The notes beneath the pieces are model-generated. The model worked only from the letters and a program-made list of their open reading frames with translations. It was not told the DNA's origin and ran no database searches. Position numbers and translations under genes: made by a program. From the NCBI GenBank assembly GCA_037446635.1, contig JBBIIG010000002.1, positions 160,001-224,000 of the forward strand: 64,000 bases of DNA, read 5' to 3'. Within the stretch, counting starts at the first letter, position 1. Each line of letters begins with the position of its first letter. Of the stretch, positions 20,299 to 30,307 are shown one piece after another. The stretch is from a bacterium. GTDB lineage: Bacteria; Zhuqueibacterota; Zhuqueibacteria; Oceanimicrobiales; Oceanimicrobiaceae.

Positions 20299-21325
20299 GG
20301 TGCCTAAAGGTTTTCCGCTAACCGGGGTTTTCGTTCTATTATATTTTTGTACATGCGCTCGCGACGACGTTCAGCTTTTCTCAGAAAGACAAGTGATGAT
20401 GGACACCCTGGTGTCCATCACCATTTATGCTGAAACCGAGCCGCCGCAGTGGCGCAATCACGTTCGCGCCGCGTTTGACTCGATGCGCAAAATCGAGACG
20501 CTGGCCAGCTCATACGACGATTCCAGCGAGATCGGCAAAATCAATTTGAACGCCGGCCGCCGGCCGGTAGCCGTTAGCCCAGAGGTTTTGCATTTGATTC
20601 GCGAATCACAAAACCTCAGCGCGCGCACCGACGGCGCATTCGATATCACGGTGTGGCCGCTGGCGCGATTGTGGGACGTGAAGTCGCCGGCGCCGCAGGT
20701 GCCGCCGGCGGATCAAATTGCAGAAAAAAGAAAGCTGGTGGATTACCGCCAAATCGTTTTGCACGACGCCAGCGTTTTTTTGCCGGTGAGCGGCATGGGG
20801 CTGGACTTGGGGGCGATTGCCAAAGGTTTTGCGGTTGATTGCGCGGTTCAGGTTTTGCGCGAGTATGAATATGAGGATTTTTTAGTAGAAGCCGGCGGCG
20901 ATTTGCGCGCCGCGGCTGGAAATTTGACTAAGGGCCGCCGCATGATTTGGGTGCGCCACCCGCGCCAGCCCGGCAAATTTTTCGCCGCTATCAAATTGGA
21001 TGAAGGCGCCGTCGCCACCTCCGGCGATTACGAGCGCTCATTTGAAAAAGCAGGCCAGCGCTACCATCACATTTTGGATCCGCAGAGCGGCTACCCGGCC
21101 GCGCCCACCGTCAGCGTCACCGTGATTGCGGAAACCTCGGAGCTGGCCGACGCCACCTCGACGGCAGTATTTGTGTTGGGGCCAGAGCGCGGGATGGACT
21201 ATCTCGAGGCCAATCCCAATTTGGCCGGTTTGATTATTTACCGGGAGGCTTCAAAAAGCGGCGAGGTCTTGAATTGGAAAATTTCAAAAAACTTGGTGGG
21301 CAGAATTCAAATTTTGCAAAAATGA
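20288..21325 (+). CDS. apbE: FAD:protein FMN transferase
   Basis: GAFDITV, DLGAIAKG, AGGD, ATSGDYER, HHILDP, ADATST. Confidence 0.93.
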   Translation: MRVEVPKGFPLTGVFVLLYFCTCARDDVQLFSERQVMMDTLVSITIYAETEPPQWRNHVRAAFDSMRKIETLASSYDDSSEIGKINLNAGRRPVAVSPEVLHLIRESQNLSARTDGAFDITVWPLARLWDVKSPAPQVPPADQIAEKRKLVDYRQIVLHDASVFLPVSGMGLDLGAIAKGFAVDCAVQVLREYEYEDFLVEAGGDLRAAAGNLTKGRRMIWVRHPRQPGKFFAAIKLDEGAVATSGDYERSFEKAGQRYHHILDPQSGYPAAPTVSVTVIAETSELADATSTAVFVLGPERGMDYLEANPNLAGLIIYREASKSGEVLNWKISKNLVGRIQILQK

Positions 21326-21340
21326 GGTTGAAATAATTTT

Positions 21341-22276
21341 ATGCCGAGAACGTTGGTCACCGGCGGCGCCGGTTTTTTAGGCTCGCACATCTGTGAATAT
21401 CTGCTTCAAAAAGGCCACGAAGTGATCGCGATGGACAACCTTTCCACCGGCGCCGTGGCGAACATCGAGCATTTGCAATCCGAGCAATTCAAATTCGTCA
21501 AGCATAATGTCACCGAGTATATCTATACCGCCGGCCCCATTGATTACGTTCTGCATTTTGCCTCGCCGGCCAGCCCCAAAGATTATCTCGAAATGCCGAT
21601 TCAAACCTTGAAAGTTGGCGCGCTGGGAACCCACAAAGCTTTGGGTTTGGCGTTGGAAAAAAAGGCCGTTTTTCTTCTGGCTTCCACCTCCGAAGTTTAC
21701 GGCGACCCCCAGGTGCACCCCCAGCGCGAGGATTACTGGGGGCACGTCAATCCCGTGGGCCCGCGCGGCGTGTATGATGAAGCCAAGCGCTTCGCGGAAG
21801 CCATGACCATGGCCTACCATCGCTATCACGGGCTTGATACGAAAATCGTGCGCATCTTCAACACTTACGGCCCGCGCATGCGCCCCAACGACGGCCGCGC
21901 GATTCCGGCGTTCATTCCGCAGGCGTTGAAAAATCAGCCCATCACGGTTTTCGGCGACGGCTCGCAAACCCGCAGCTTCTGTTACGTGGACGATTTGGTG
22001 GAAGGCATCTACCGGCTGCTGGTTTCGGATTACCACGATCCCATCAACATCGGCAACCCCAACGAGATGACGGTCAAAGAATTGGCGGAGACGATCATTA
22101 GCGTCACCGGCAGCCAAAGTCAGATCGTTTTCAAACCGCTGCCGGTGGACGATCCCAAAGTGCGCCAGCCCAACATCGAGAAAGCCCAAACCATACTTGG
22201 CTGGGCGCCGCGGGTGGGGCTCGAAGAAGGACTGAAAAAAACCGTCGCCTGGTTTAAAGAGCAGGAAGACAAATAA
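21341..22276 (+). CDS. UDP-glucuronate decarboxylase-like extended SDR
   Basis: [40 protein letters not shown]. Confidence 0.92.
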   Translation: MPRTLVTGGAGFLGSHICEYLLQKGHEVIAMDNLSTGAVANIEHLQSEQFKFVKHNVTEYIYTAGPIDYVLHFASPASPKDYLEMPIQTLKVGALGTHKALGLALEKKAVFLLASTSEVYGDPQVHPQREDYWGHVNPVGPRGVYDEAKRFAEAMTMAYHRYHGLDTKIVRIFNTYGPRMRPNDGRAIPAFIPQALKNQPITVFGDGSQTRSFCYVDDLVEGIYRLLVSDYHDPINIGNPNEMTVKELAETIISVTGSQSQIVFKPLPVDDPKVRQPNIEKAQTILGWAPRVGLEEGLKKTVAWFKEQEDK

Positions 22277-22325
22277 TCGGCAAGGCAGCCACGGCGAAAC
22301 TTGACTGGAGGAATCAAAAACGGAG

Positions 22326-22679
22326 TTGACCTCAAAACGCTTAGCGCGCAAAATCGCAAATCTATCTTTAGAAAAAAAAGCCGAACAAGTTTTGATTTTG
22401 GATTTGCGGCGCTTGACCACCATGACCGATTATTTCGTTATTTGCACCGGCGCCAGCAACACCCAGGTCAAAGCCATCTCCGATCATATCTCCGAAAGCT
22501 TGCGTACGGAAAAAATCCGTCCCTTGCACATCGAAGGGGAAATGGCGCAGGAGTGGATTTTGCTCGATTACATCAGCGTCGTGGTGCACGTTTTCCAACC
22601 CGAGAAGCGCGAATTTTATGCGCTGGAGCGCCTGTGGGGGGACGCCAAAATTGAAGAAGTGAAAGATGAAATCGTATGA
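22326..22679 (+). CDS. rsfS: Ribosome silencing factor
   Basis: DYFVICTG, WILLDY, VHVF, REFYALERLWGD. Confidence 0.95.
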   Translation: MTSKRLARKIANLSLEKKAEQVLILDLRRLTTMTDYFVICTGASNTQVKAISDHISESLRTEKIRPLHIEGEMAQEWILLDYISVVVHVFQPEKREFYALERLWGDAKIEEVKDEIV

Positions 22680-24322
22680 ACGGTGAAGCTTATCTCCGGC
22701 AAAAATTGACGCAGGCTTTGAAGGCGCTGGCCGCCGACGGCGAAATGGAAATCGCGCTGGAGCGCCCCAAAGCGGCAGAGCACGGCGACCTCGCCGCCAA
22801 CGTCGCGATGCTTTTGTCGAAAAAATTGAAACGCCCGCCGCGCGAGATTGCCAACGAAATTTTACAAAATTTGGAATTGGACGACGCGGTGGTGTCGAGT
22901 GTAGAAGTGGCCGGCGCCGGCTTTATCAATTTTCGCTTCAGCGAGTCCTATTTCCGCAACGCCCTGCAGGAAATTCTGCGGCGCGGGAAAAATTTTGGCC
23001 GCGCCGATTGGGGGCGCCAGAAAAAAATTCAGATTGAATTTGTGAGCGCCAACCCCACCGGGCCGCTTAACATCGTCAGCGCACGCGCCGCCACGGTGGG
23101 GGACGTGCTGGCGAATTTGTTTGACGCCGCCGGCTTCGCGGTTCAGCGAGAATATTACGTCAACGACGCCGGTCGCCAGGTGCGGCTGCTGGGGATGTCG
23201 GTGAGCGCGCGCTACATGGAGTTGCTGGGAAAAAGCGAGCCCTTTCCGGAAGAAGGCTACCACGGCGAGTACATTCGCCAGCTCGCCAACGAAATTTTGA
23301 GCGAAGAAGGGGAGGCGCCCGCCGGGTGGGACGCGGAAACGCGCTGGTCGAAGTTCTCGAAAATTGCGCTGGAGAAAATCCTCGCCTCCCAGCAGCAGAC
23401 GCTGGCGCGCTTCGGCGTGCGCTTCGACAACTGGTTCCGCGAAAGCGACCTGCGCGCCGCCAATTCCCATCTCGAAGTCTTGAATCTGCTGGACGAAAAA
23501 GGCCTGTTGTACGAAAAAGACGGCGCGCGTTGGTTCAAGTCGTCCGACTTTGGAGACGAAAAAGATCGCGTGCTGGTGACCAGCGACGGCGAGCCGACCT
23601 ATTTTTTGGTGGACATCGCCTATCATTTAACCAAGTACCAGCGCGGGTTCGAGATGATTTACGATCTCTGGGGCCCCGACCACCACGGTTACATCGAGCG
23701 CATGAAAGCCGCGCTGCAGGCGCTGGGATATCCGCGCGACAGCTTTGAGGTCAGCATCATCCAGCAGGTGAATCTCATCGAAGGCGGGGAAGTGGTGAAG
23801 ATGTCGAAGCGCGCCGGCAAGATCATCGAAATGGCGGAGCTGATCGAGGAGGTGGGCGTGGACGTGGCGCGCTTTTTTTTCGCGGAACGCCGCACCCAGA
23901 GCCCGCTGGATTTCGATCTCGATCTGGCAAAAAACACCTCGGAGGAAAATCCAGTTTACTACGTGCAGTACGCCCACGCCCGCATTTGCAATATTCTCAA
24001 ATTCGCCCGCGAGCAGGGTCAGCCGTTTTCCCCGCAGGCCGATTTGAATCTTTTGCAAGAAGCCGAGGTGATGACGCTCATCAAAAAACTGCTGGAGTAT
24101 CCGGAGGTGATCTCGAAAGCCGCGCGCTTTCTGGAGCCGCACCGCGTTCCGACTTATCTGCAGGAGTTAGCGGCGGCCTTTCACCGATTTTATCACCACC
24201 ACCAGGTGGTATCCCAAAACCGTGAGTTGACGAAAGCGCGGCTGCTGCTGGTGGAAGCCACGCGCATCGTGTTGGCCAACGGCTTGTCGATACTGGGGAT
24301 TTCGGCGCCGGAACGGATGTAG
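22676..24322 (+). CDS. argS: Arginine--tRNA ligase
   Basis: EFVSANPTGPL, EYYVNDAGRQ, GPDHHGY, KMSKR, YYVQYAHAR. Confidence 0.97.
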   Translation: MNGEAYLRQKLTQALKALAADGEMEIALERPKAAEHGDLAANVAMLLSKKLKRPPREIANEILQNLELDDAVVSSVEVAGAGFINFRFSESYFRNALQEILRRGKNFGRADWGRQKKIQIEFVSANPTGPLNIVSARAATVGDVLANLFDAAGFAVQREYYVNDAGRQVRLLGMSVSARYMELLGKSEPFPEEGYHGEYIRQLANEILSEEGEAPAGWDAETRWSKFSKIALEKILASQQQTLARFGVRFDNWFRESDLRAANSHLEVLNLLDEKGLLYEKDGARWFKSSDFGDEKDRVLVTSDGEPTYFLVDIAYHLTKYQRGFEMIYDLWGPDHHGYIERMKAALQALGYPRDSFEVSIIQQVNLIEGGEVVKMSKRAGKIIEMAELIEEVGVDVARFFFAERRTQSPLDFDLDLAKNTSEENPVYYVQYAHARICNILKFAREQGQPFSPQADLNLLQEAEVMTLIKKLLEYPEVISKAARFLEPHRVPTYLQELAAAFHRFYHHHQVVSQNRELTKARLLLVEATRIVLANGLSILGISAPERM

Positions 24323-24323
24323 T

Positions 24324-24463
24324 TTGAAATTCGAAATCCTAAACTCGAAATCCGAAGCAAATTAAAAGCACCAAATTTATAAATGATAGAAGTCAATCCC
24401 AGCTCATCATGGAATATTGAATTTCGGATTTGTTTCGGATTTCGTATTTCGACATTCGGATTT
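24324..24463. repeat. 7-nt periodic inverted repeat (AAATCCG/TTCGGAT family)
   Basis: gaaattcgaaatcctaaactcgaaatccgaagc...tttcggatttgtttcggatttcgtatttcgacattcggattt. Confidence 0.7.
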
Positions 24464-24498
24464 TAATAACACTTCAGGGCATTAAAAAATTTTAAACA

Positions 24499-25419
24499 AT
24501 GAGTATCCTCGTAGTTGGTTCCGTCGCCCTCGATCACGTTGAGACGCCCTTTGGCTCGGTCAAAGACGCTCTCGGCGGATCGTCGATTTATTTTGCCGCC
24601 GCCGCTTCCTATTTTGCGCCCGTGCGCATCGTTGGGGTGGTTGGCGACGACTTCCCGCACCAGCAGCTCGATTTTTTGAAAAAACGCAATGTTGATTTTC
24701 AGGGACTGGAGACCCAGCCCGGCAAAAGCTTTCGCTGGGGTGGACGGTATGATTTCGATCTCAACTCCCGAACCACGCTCTTCACCGATCTCAACGTTTT
24801 CGAAAAATTTAAGCCGGTGATTCCGGAATCCTATCGCGACAGCGAGTTTGTTTTTCTGGGGAATATCGCGCCGGATTTGCAGTTGGATATTCTCAACCAA
24901 ATTCATTCGCCAAAATTGGTGGCGCTGGATACGATGAACTACTGGATTTCAGGCAGCCTCGCCGATCTTCACAAAACTCTCAAAAAAGTCCACGTGCTTT
25001 TGCTCAACGATTCTGAGGCGCGGCAATTAGCGCAGGAAGCGAATTTAGTGAAGGCTTCGCGCATCATTCGCAAAATGGGGCCGGGAGTTTTGGTTATAAA
25101 AAAGGGCGAGCACGGCGCGATGATGTTCATCGATGAAACGATCTTCTCGGCGCCGGCCTTTCCTCTCGAAACCATTTTTGATCCCACCGGCGCCGGCGAC
25201 ACCTTTGCCGGCGGTTTTATGGGATATCTCGCCAAAGTTAAAAACGCCACTGCGGAGACCTACAAACGCGCGCTGGTTTTTGGCAGCACCCTGGCCTCCT
25301 TCTGCGTGGAAAGTTTTAGCGTGGAACGCTTGAAAAATTTGACGCCGGACGAAATTCGCGAGCGTTTCAAAGCCTTCTGGCTGATGACGAATTTCGATCA
25401 TCTTAATAGCGGATTTTGA
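24499..25419 (+). CDS. PfkB family carbohydrate/nucleoside kinase
   Basis: VGSVALD, LGGS, KKGEHGA, DPTGAGDTFAGG. Confidence 0.93.
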   Translation: MSILVVGSVALDHVETPFGSVKDALGGSSIYFAAAASYFAPVRIVGVVGDDFPHQQLDFLKKRNVDFQGLETQPGKSFRWGGRYDFDLNSRTTLFTDLNVFEKFKPVIPESYRDSEFVFLGNIAPDLQLDILNQIHSPKLVALDTMNYWISGSLADLHKTLKKVHVLLLNDSEARQLAQEANLVKASRIIRKMGPGVLVIKKGEHGAMMFIDETIFSAPAFPLETIFDPTGAGDTFAGGFMGYLAKVKNATAETYKRALVFGSTLASFCVESFSVERLKNLTPDEIRERFKAFWLMTNFDHLNSGF

Positions 25420-25451
25420 TTTCAGCTTGTAGAACGGACAACGAACCATCC

Positions 25452-25871
25452 ATGAAAATCATAACCGATGCCATCGAAATATCCACCAAAGGCCGCACCG
25501 ATATCATCGACATCACCGGCGACGTGGAACGGTTGCTGCAAAAATCGGAATTGCGGGAAGGGCAGCTCACCGTTTTCATTTCCGGTTCCACCGCCGGCGT
25601 CACCACTATCGAATTTGAACCCGGACTTTTAAAGGATTTGAAGGAGGCGTTCGAGAAAATCGCGCCCACCCCTGTGCGCTACCACCACGAAGCTACTTGG
25701 TGCGACCGCAACGGCTACGCGCATGTGCGCGCGGCGCTGTTGGGCGCTTCGTTTTCCGCGCCATTCAAAGAGGGCCGCCTGCTTTTAGGAACGTGGCAGC
25801 AGATCGTGGTGATCGATTTCGACAACCGCCCGCGCCGGCGCGGCGTTGTGGTGCAGATGATCGGGGAGTGA
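25452..25871 (+). CDS. yjbQ: YjbQ/UPF0047 family protein
   Basis: GSTAG, NGYAH, LLGTWQQI..DFD. Confidence 0.9.
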   Translation: MKIITDAIEISTKGRTDIIDITGDVERLLQKSELREGQLTVFISGSTAGVTTIEFEPGLLKDLKEAFEKIAPTPVRYHHEATWCDRNGYAHVRAALLGASFSAPFKEGRLLLGTWQQIVVIDFDNRPRRRGVVVQMIGE

Positions 25872-25926
25872 TTTCCCTATTTCTTCTGATAACGGATTTT
25901 ATGTCTGTCAAAAGTTTCTTGGAAAA

Positions 25927-26700
25927 TCAAGCGCGTTTATAATGAAGAAAAAGCAAACCTGCCGCAAGCGCCCCCAATAGATGCCAGAGCGCGTGCCCCT
26001 GCAGCCAACTGGTCGGCTCGCAAAGAATTTTTGTGATGTCGAGAATCCAAATCAGGAAACCCAGCCCGAACGACGCCACCGCCAGTCGCAGATAATAATT
26101 TTGAGCGGCCGGCTTTTTTGAGCACGCCAGAAACTCCCAACTCAAAGCCGCGATTACCAGCCCTGCGAAAATGTAGCGGCGCAGCTCTGGGAAGACGATT
26201 AGAAAATAGGCCAGCACAGCGTTGAGAATGATGAACCACCCGGCGAACCCGGGCCGCGGCAATTTATTTAAGCGGGAAAAATTTAATAGAAGCACAAACG
26301 TGATAAGCAGGTACATTCCCAGCACATCGAAAAACTGCCCCACAAAACTCAGCGAGGCGTGATAAAACGCGCTGCCGAGTCCGATGATGAAAAGCGAGCC
26401 GGCGTAGAGTTGCGTCGCCGCCCGATTTTTTAGAGTCAGGTTCGATCTCGTTGTATTGAAATTAGCGAACCGGCGCCGCGGCGCCGAAACAAGCACACTC
26501 AACCCAACCAGCACAAAACTTAACGACGACCAGGTGTTCGCGGGTTGAGCAATCGCTCCGGGGCGAATTTCTTCGCAGAAGCAATCATCCGGCATGCAGG
26601 TGGCTGGTCGCCAGGATCGCCAGTCATCGCTCAAATAAAATAGGGATAGCGCCGCCGCAGCTAAAAATGAAAGCGTGATCGACGGGGTTATGTAATTCAC
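25927..26700 (-). CDS. CREST-superfamily membrane hydrolase (ceramidase-like)
   Basis: FCEE..QPANTWSSL, GSAFYHAS, D..GM, HALWH; about 7 TM helices. Confidence 0.8.
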   Translation of the reverse strand: MNYITPSITLSFLAAAALSLFYLSDDWRSWRPATCMPDDCFCEEIRPGAIAQPANTWSSLSFVLVGLSVLVSAPRRRFANFNTTRSNLTLKNRAATQLYAGSLFIIGLGSAFYHASLSFVGQFFDVLGMYLLITFVLLLNFSRLNKLPRPGFAGWFIILNAVLAYFLIVFPELRRYIFAGLVIAALSWEFLACSKKPAAQNYYLRLAVASFGLGFLIWILDITKILCEPTSWLQGHALWHLLGALAAGLLFLHYKRA

Positions 26701-26708
26701 GCGCTCTT

Positions 26709-27428
26709 TTAAAAATTGAATGACACGCCCAACAGGTACGTGAGCAGATCGGTGCGGGAACGCAGCGCGTCAATTTCAACTTCGCCATCCCTGACCGTGA
26801 TCGAGCCTTCTTTTAAGTAGGTTGCCTCGCCGCCAAATAAATAGCGGATGCGAAAGTCAATCAACACTTCACGCAAACGCACGCCGCCGTCCGGCCGCTG
26901 CGATTGATACACCCGCAGCATCACGCCGCCGCCGGCGCCGTAACTCAACGCCGCGTCGTCCTGATTGGTTGAGGAGGCAATCGGTTCGCCGAGAACGTCC
27001 TCATCGCGAACGGAGGTTTCCGTGAAAAAATAATTCACTCCGAACAAGCCATCGAGATAGGGGCGAAACGAGCCGGTCGGACTTTGCAGCCGCGCCAGCA
27101 AATGAAAAAGCAAAATGTTGTTCGAGGTTTCGACCTCCACGGTGACATCCGGAATGGTTTCGCTGAATGGCACCCGGCGGGTTTGGCTGCCATAAATCAT
27201 ATACTGGATTTCGGTGCCGAGCATAATCGGCGAGCTGCCAAAGTGGTAGCCAAAATTGCCGCCGAGTCCAAAGCCGAGATCTTCGACGTTGTCTTGAAAT
27301 TCGTTTTGCGGTTGGCCGAGAAGCAAATTCAGGCTGGCTTGCAGATGTTGCCCGCGAGCAGCCGGGGCGATGACCAGCAGGCCAACGATGCTCAAAACAG
27401 CCGACTTGAAAAAGGGTTTCATCTCCAT
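26709..27428 (-). CDS. Outer-membrane beta-barrel protein
   Basis: Signal peptide, alternating beta strands, FRPYLDG, terminal GVSFNF. Confidence 0.75.
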   Translation of the reverse strand: MEMKPFFKSAVLSIVGLLVIAPAARGQHLQASLNLLLGQPQNEFQDNVEDLGFGLGGNFGYHFGSSPIMLGTEIQYMIYGSQTRRVPFSETIPDVTVEVETSNNILLFHLLARLQSPTGSFRPYLDGLFGVNYFFTETSVRDEDVLGEPIASSTNQDDAALSYGAGGGVMLRVYQSQRPDGGVRLREVLIDFRIRYLFGGEATYLKEGSITVRDGEVEIDALRSRTDLLTYLLGVSFNF

Positions 27429-27493
27429 CCCTCCGGCTAAATCTTTTGTTCGACCTTTACTAACCTTTAAGGTTTAGTAAAGGTAGTAAAAGG

Positions 27494-28162
27494 TTAATTC
27501 TTCGGCATGTTTTTTCTTAACTGCTCCAACATCTTCAGCGGGTCTTCCCCTTCGGTGTATTTGATGTTGATGGGGCGCTGCAATTTTTTCGGATCGGCCG
27601 TGTCGCTGATTTTCGTGGCGGTGTAAGTGACCTGCTGGCCCATCATGTTGACTTCGGTTTTGAGCGGCACCCCATTCCAAATCCAGGTCTTGCTGCCGAG
27701 GCTTTTGATTTCCCACACCTCGCAATTTTTGCCCAAGAAGGTTTCCGTGCCGATCTGTTTTCCGCCCATGTCTTTTAACATCTGCTTGCCGGCGTCCTGC
27801 ACGTCTTTGCCTTCAAGGTTTTTCATGATGCTGTTTTCTATTTTGGTGCCGGTGTTGGTGTTGAGATCCACCGTGTAAATCGTGGAACCTTCGAGGTAGG
27901 TGGCGTTATTGGTTTTCTGGCTGAAGCTCCCCATCTTGACTTCGGTGTTGGTGAATTTGGCTTCGCGCGCGCCAAAGTCATCGAAGTAGAGAGTTTCGGT
28001 TCCCGACATCATGCTGCCGGTGATTTGATATTCGATCGTGCCGCTTTTTTGATTATAGCGTTTTAGCTTCGCGGCGGTTTGCAACGCGAGGATTGACCCG
28101 CAGAATACGAAGGTGGCGAGCGTTGCGAGGGCTGCTTTTGAAGTAGCGATGCGATTGAACAT
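27494..28162 (-). CDS. Secreted hypothetical protein (DUF4412-like)
   Basis: Signal peptide; GTETFLGKNCEVW..WIWNGVPLK. Confidence 0.6.
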   Translation of the reverse strand: MFNRIATSKAALATLATFVFCGSILALQTAAKLKRYNQKSGTIEYQITGSMMSGTETLYFDDFGAREAKFTNTEVKMGSFSQKTNNATYLEGSTIYTVDLNTNTGTKIENSIMKNLEGKDVQDAGKQMLKDMGGKQIGTETFLGKNCEVWEIKSLGSKTWIWNGVPLKTEVNMMGQQVTYTATKISDTADPKKLQRPINIKYTEGEDPLKMLEQLRKNMPKN

Positions 28163-28191
28163 GATGCCTCCTGATGAAATTAAGAGTGAGA

Positions 28192-29202
28192 TTAAATGTT
28201 TAGCAAAATTTTGCCCGTGCTGTTTCGAGATTCGATGAAGGCGTGCGCTTCGGCGGCTTGCTCAAACTTAAAGACTCTACCGATGATCGGGCGGATTTGC
28301 GTAGCGGTCACAAATTTTCGCAGATTTTCAAAGATAGCGTGTAGCCGCTGCGGCTGCGCGAGCAGGTAGCCCAGATGGCTTGCCATGACGCCGACAGACT
28401 TTTCCGCCATTTTCAGGATATTGGCGCGCGGCAAATCGCGCCAGGTTCGCCAGATCGAAAACGGATTCCACCAATTTAAATCCAAACTTGCGAACCCGGC
28501 TACCACTAACCGGCCAAACGGATTGAGTGAATTAAAACTTTCTTTGAAAATGTTTCCGCCCACCATTTCCAGAACTACATCCACGCCATTGGCCGCCTGC
28601 CGCAGTTTTGCGAAAGCATCGCCGTTGCGATAATTGAAGGCATCGGCAGCGCCCAACTTTTTTACCAGCTCGACTTTTTCATCGCTGCCGGCTAAACCAA
28701 AAACTCGGCAGCCGTTTTTCGCGGCCAGTTGAATCGCCGCCGTGCCCACGCCGCCCGCCGCCGCGGTGACTAACAACGTTTCGTGTTTTTGCAGCCGCGC
28801 CAACTCGAACAGCGCCACCCACGCGGTCATGTAATTCACGGCAAACGCCGCATTCTCTTCGATGGTGAAATGCGCGAGGGCAGGCAGCGCCTGCTGTTCC
28901 GGCACCGCGATTTTTTCGGCGTAGCCGCCAAATTGCGCCCCGACGATCACCCGCTCTCCGATGCGCGCGGAGTCAACTCCACTGCCAACTTGTTCGATGA
29001 CGCCCGCGCCTTCCATTCCCAAAATGTAGGGACGTTTCGGCGCCCAGCCGTAAAGCCCTTTGCGCGAGAGAATTTCCGCGTAGTTCACGCCGATGCCCTG
29101 CAGCCGCACCAGAACTTCGCCGGCGCCGGGAATGGGGTCATTCACTTCCGAAATCCGCAACACCTCTGGCTTGCCGGTTTTGGTGAGGAGGTACGCTTTC
29201 AT
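28192..29202 (-). CDS. NADPH:quinone oxidoreductase-like MDR (VAT-1-like)
   Basis: GVNYAE, LGMEGAG, AAAGGVGTAA, STGKILL. Confidence 0.9.
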   Translation of the reverse strand: MKAYLLTKTGKPEVLRISEVNDPIPGAGEVLVRLQGIGVNYAEILSRKGLYGWAPKRPYILGMEGAGVIEQVGSGVDSARIGERVIVGAQFGGYAEKIAVPEQQALPALAHFTIEENAAFAVNYMTAWVALFELARLQKHETLLVTAAAGGVGTAAIQLAAKNGCRVFGLAGSDEKVELVKKLGAADAFNYRNGDAFAKLRQAANGVDVVLEMVGGNIFKESFNSLNPFGRLVVAGFASLDLNWWNPFSIWRTWRDLPRANILKMAEKSVGVMASHLGYLLAQPQRLHAIFENLRKFVTATQIRPIIGRVFKFEQAAEAHAFIESRNSTGKILLNI

Positions 29203-29621
29203 CGGCGGAACGCTGGAAACTTATTTTGAAACAACCGGGGTAAATCAGCTATCAGCATTTTGATCGTTGGTTCCTGTACCATCTCACGAGCTTTTTCAGC
29301 TGCGACCCACCGACGAGTTCGAAAGCTTGCCTCCGGCCAATTCTCCAGCACTTCTTCAACCTGCATCAAAAATACCTGCACGTGACAGACACCGCCCCAT
29401 TTTTCGTATTCGTATTCTCCAACCATTTCGGTGAGAACTTGCCCGCGAATGCCAGCTTCTTCGTAGGCCTCCTGTGCTGCGGTCTCGACTGCGGTCATCC
29501 CGTCATCAATAATTCCTTTCGGAACGATCCAGCGGTGGCCGCCGCGCGCAGTGATGAGCAGAATTTCCAATTTTCCGTCAACGATGCGAAACGGGATGAC
29601 GGCGGATTGGGGGTAGGTCAT
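29199..29621 (-). CDS. NUDIX hydrolase (DIPP/Ap6A-like)
   Basis: WIVPKG...AAQEAYEEAG Nudix box; WPE..R.RRW. Confidence 0.9.
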   Translation of the reverse strand: MTYPQSAVIPFRIVDGKLEILLITARGGHRWIVPKGIIDDGMTAVETAAQEAYEEAGIRGQVLTEMVGEYEYEKWGGVCHVQVFLMQVEEVLENWPEASFRTRRWVAAEKAREMVQEPTIKMLIADLPRLFQNKFPAFRR

Positions 29622-29666
29622 TTTGGATATATCAGATTTATTAGTCTGAAAAATAGATTAAAATGC

Positions 29667-29806
29667 GGATTGCTGGAGTAATGGAGTACTGGATTGCTGG
29701 ATCAATGAATTGCTGGTTTGATGGTACAATGTAATACCTTGCTCGCCAATGGTCAGTACTCCAAAACTCCCGTACTCTATTAATCCAAGCTCCATTACTC
29801 TAATCC
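29667..29806. repeat. 8-nt periodic inverted repeat (TGGAGTAA/TTACTCCA family)
   Basis: ggattgctggagtaatggagtactggattgctggatc...tactccaaaactcc...aatccaagctccattactc. Confidence 0.7.
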
Positions 29807-29836
29807 TTCAACACGATTGAAGTTGCCCGCGAAAGC

Positions 29837-30307
29837 TCAAACCAGCACCACGCCTTCGTGCCGCAGCAGCCACTCCTTGCGCCAAATGCCGCCGCCAAAT
29901 CCAATCAAGTCGCCGCTGCGGCCGATGACGCGGTGGCAGGGAATGATGATGGGAATGGGGTTGCGGCCGTTGGCGGCGCCCACCGCGCGCAGGGCTTTGC
30001 GGTCGCCTAACGCCTCGGCAATTTCCAAGTAGGAAGTGGTTTTGCCAAAGGGAATCTTCTGCAGGTGCTGCCACACCCGTTTCTGAAACTCCGTGCCCTT
30101 TGGGTTGAGCTTGAGCGAAAATTGCTGGCGGCGGCCCGCGAAGTATTCATCTAACTGCTGGAAGCAGACGGCAAAATCGGCCGCGGGTGTTTGGGATGGA
30201 ATTTCGGCGTCGTCCAAAAATTCGAGCGCGGTAATCGTTCCCGCTTCCCCGGTAATTTTTAGAACCCCGATGGGTGATTTGTAAAAAGCGCGGGGCTGTT
30301 TATTCAT
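29837..30307 (-). CDS. ogt: Methylated-DNA--protein-cysteine methyltransferase
   Basis: GTEFQKRVW, RAVGAAN, IIPCHRV active site. Confidence 0.95.
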   Translation of the reverse strand: MNKQPRAFYKSPIGVLKITGEAGTITALEFLDDAEIPSQTPAADFAVCFQQLDEYFAGRRQQFSLKLNPKGTEFQKRVWQHLQKIPFGKTTSYLEIAEALGDRKALRAVGAANGRNPIPIIIPCHRVIGRSGDLIGFGGGIWRKEWLLRHEGVVLV

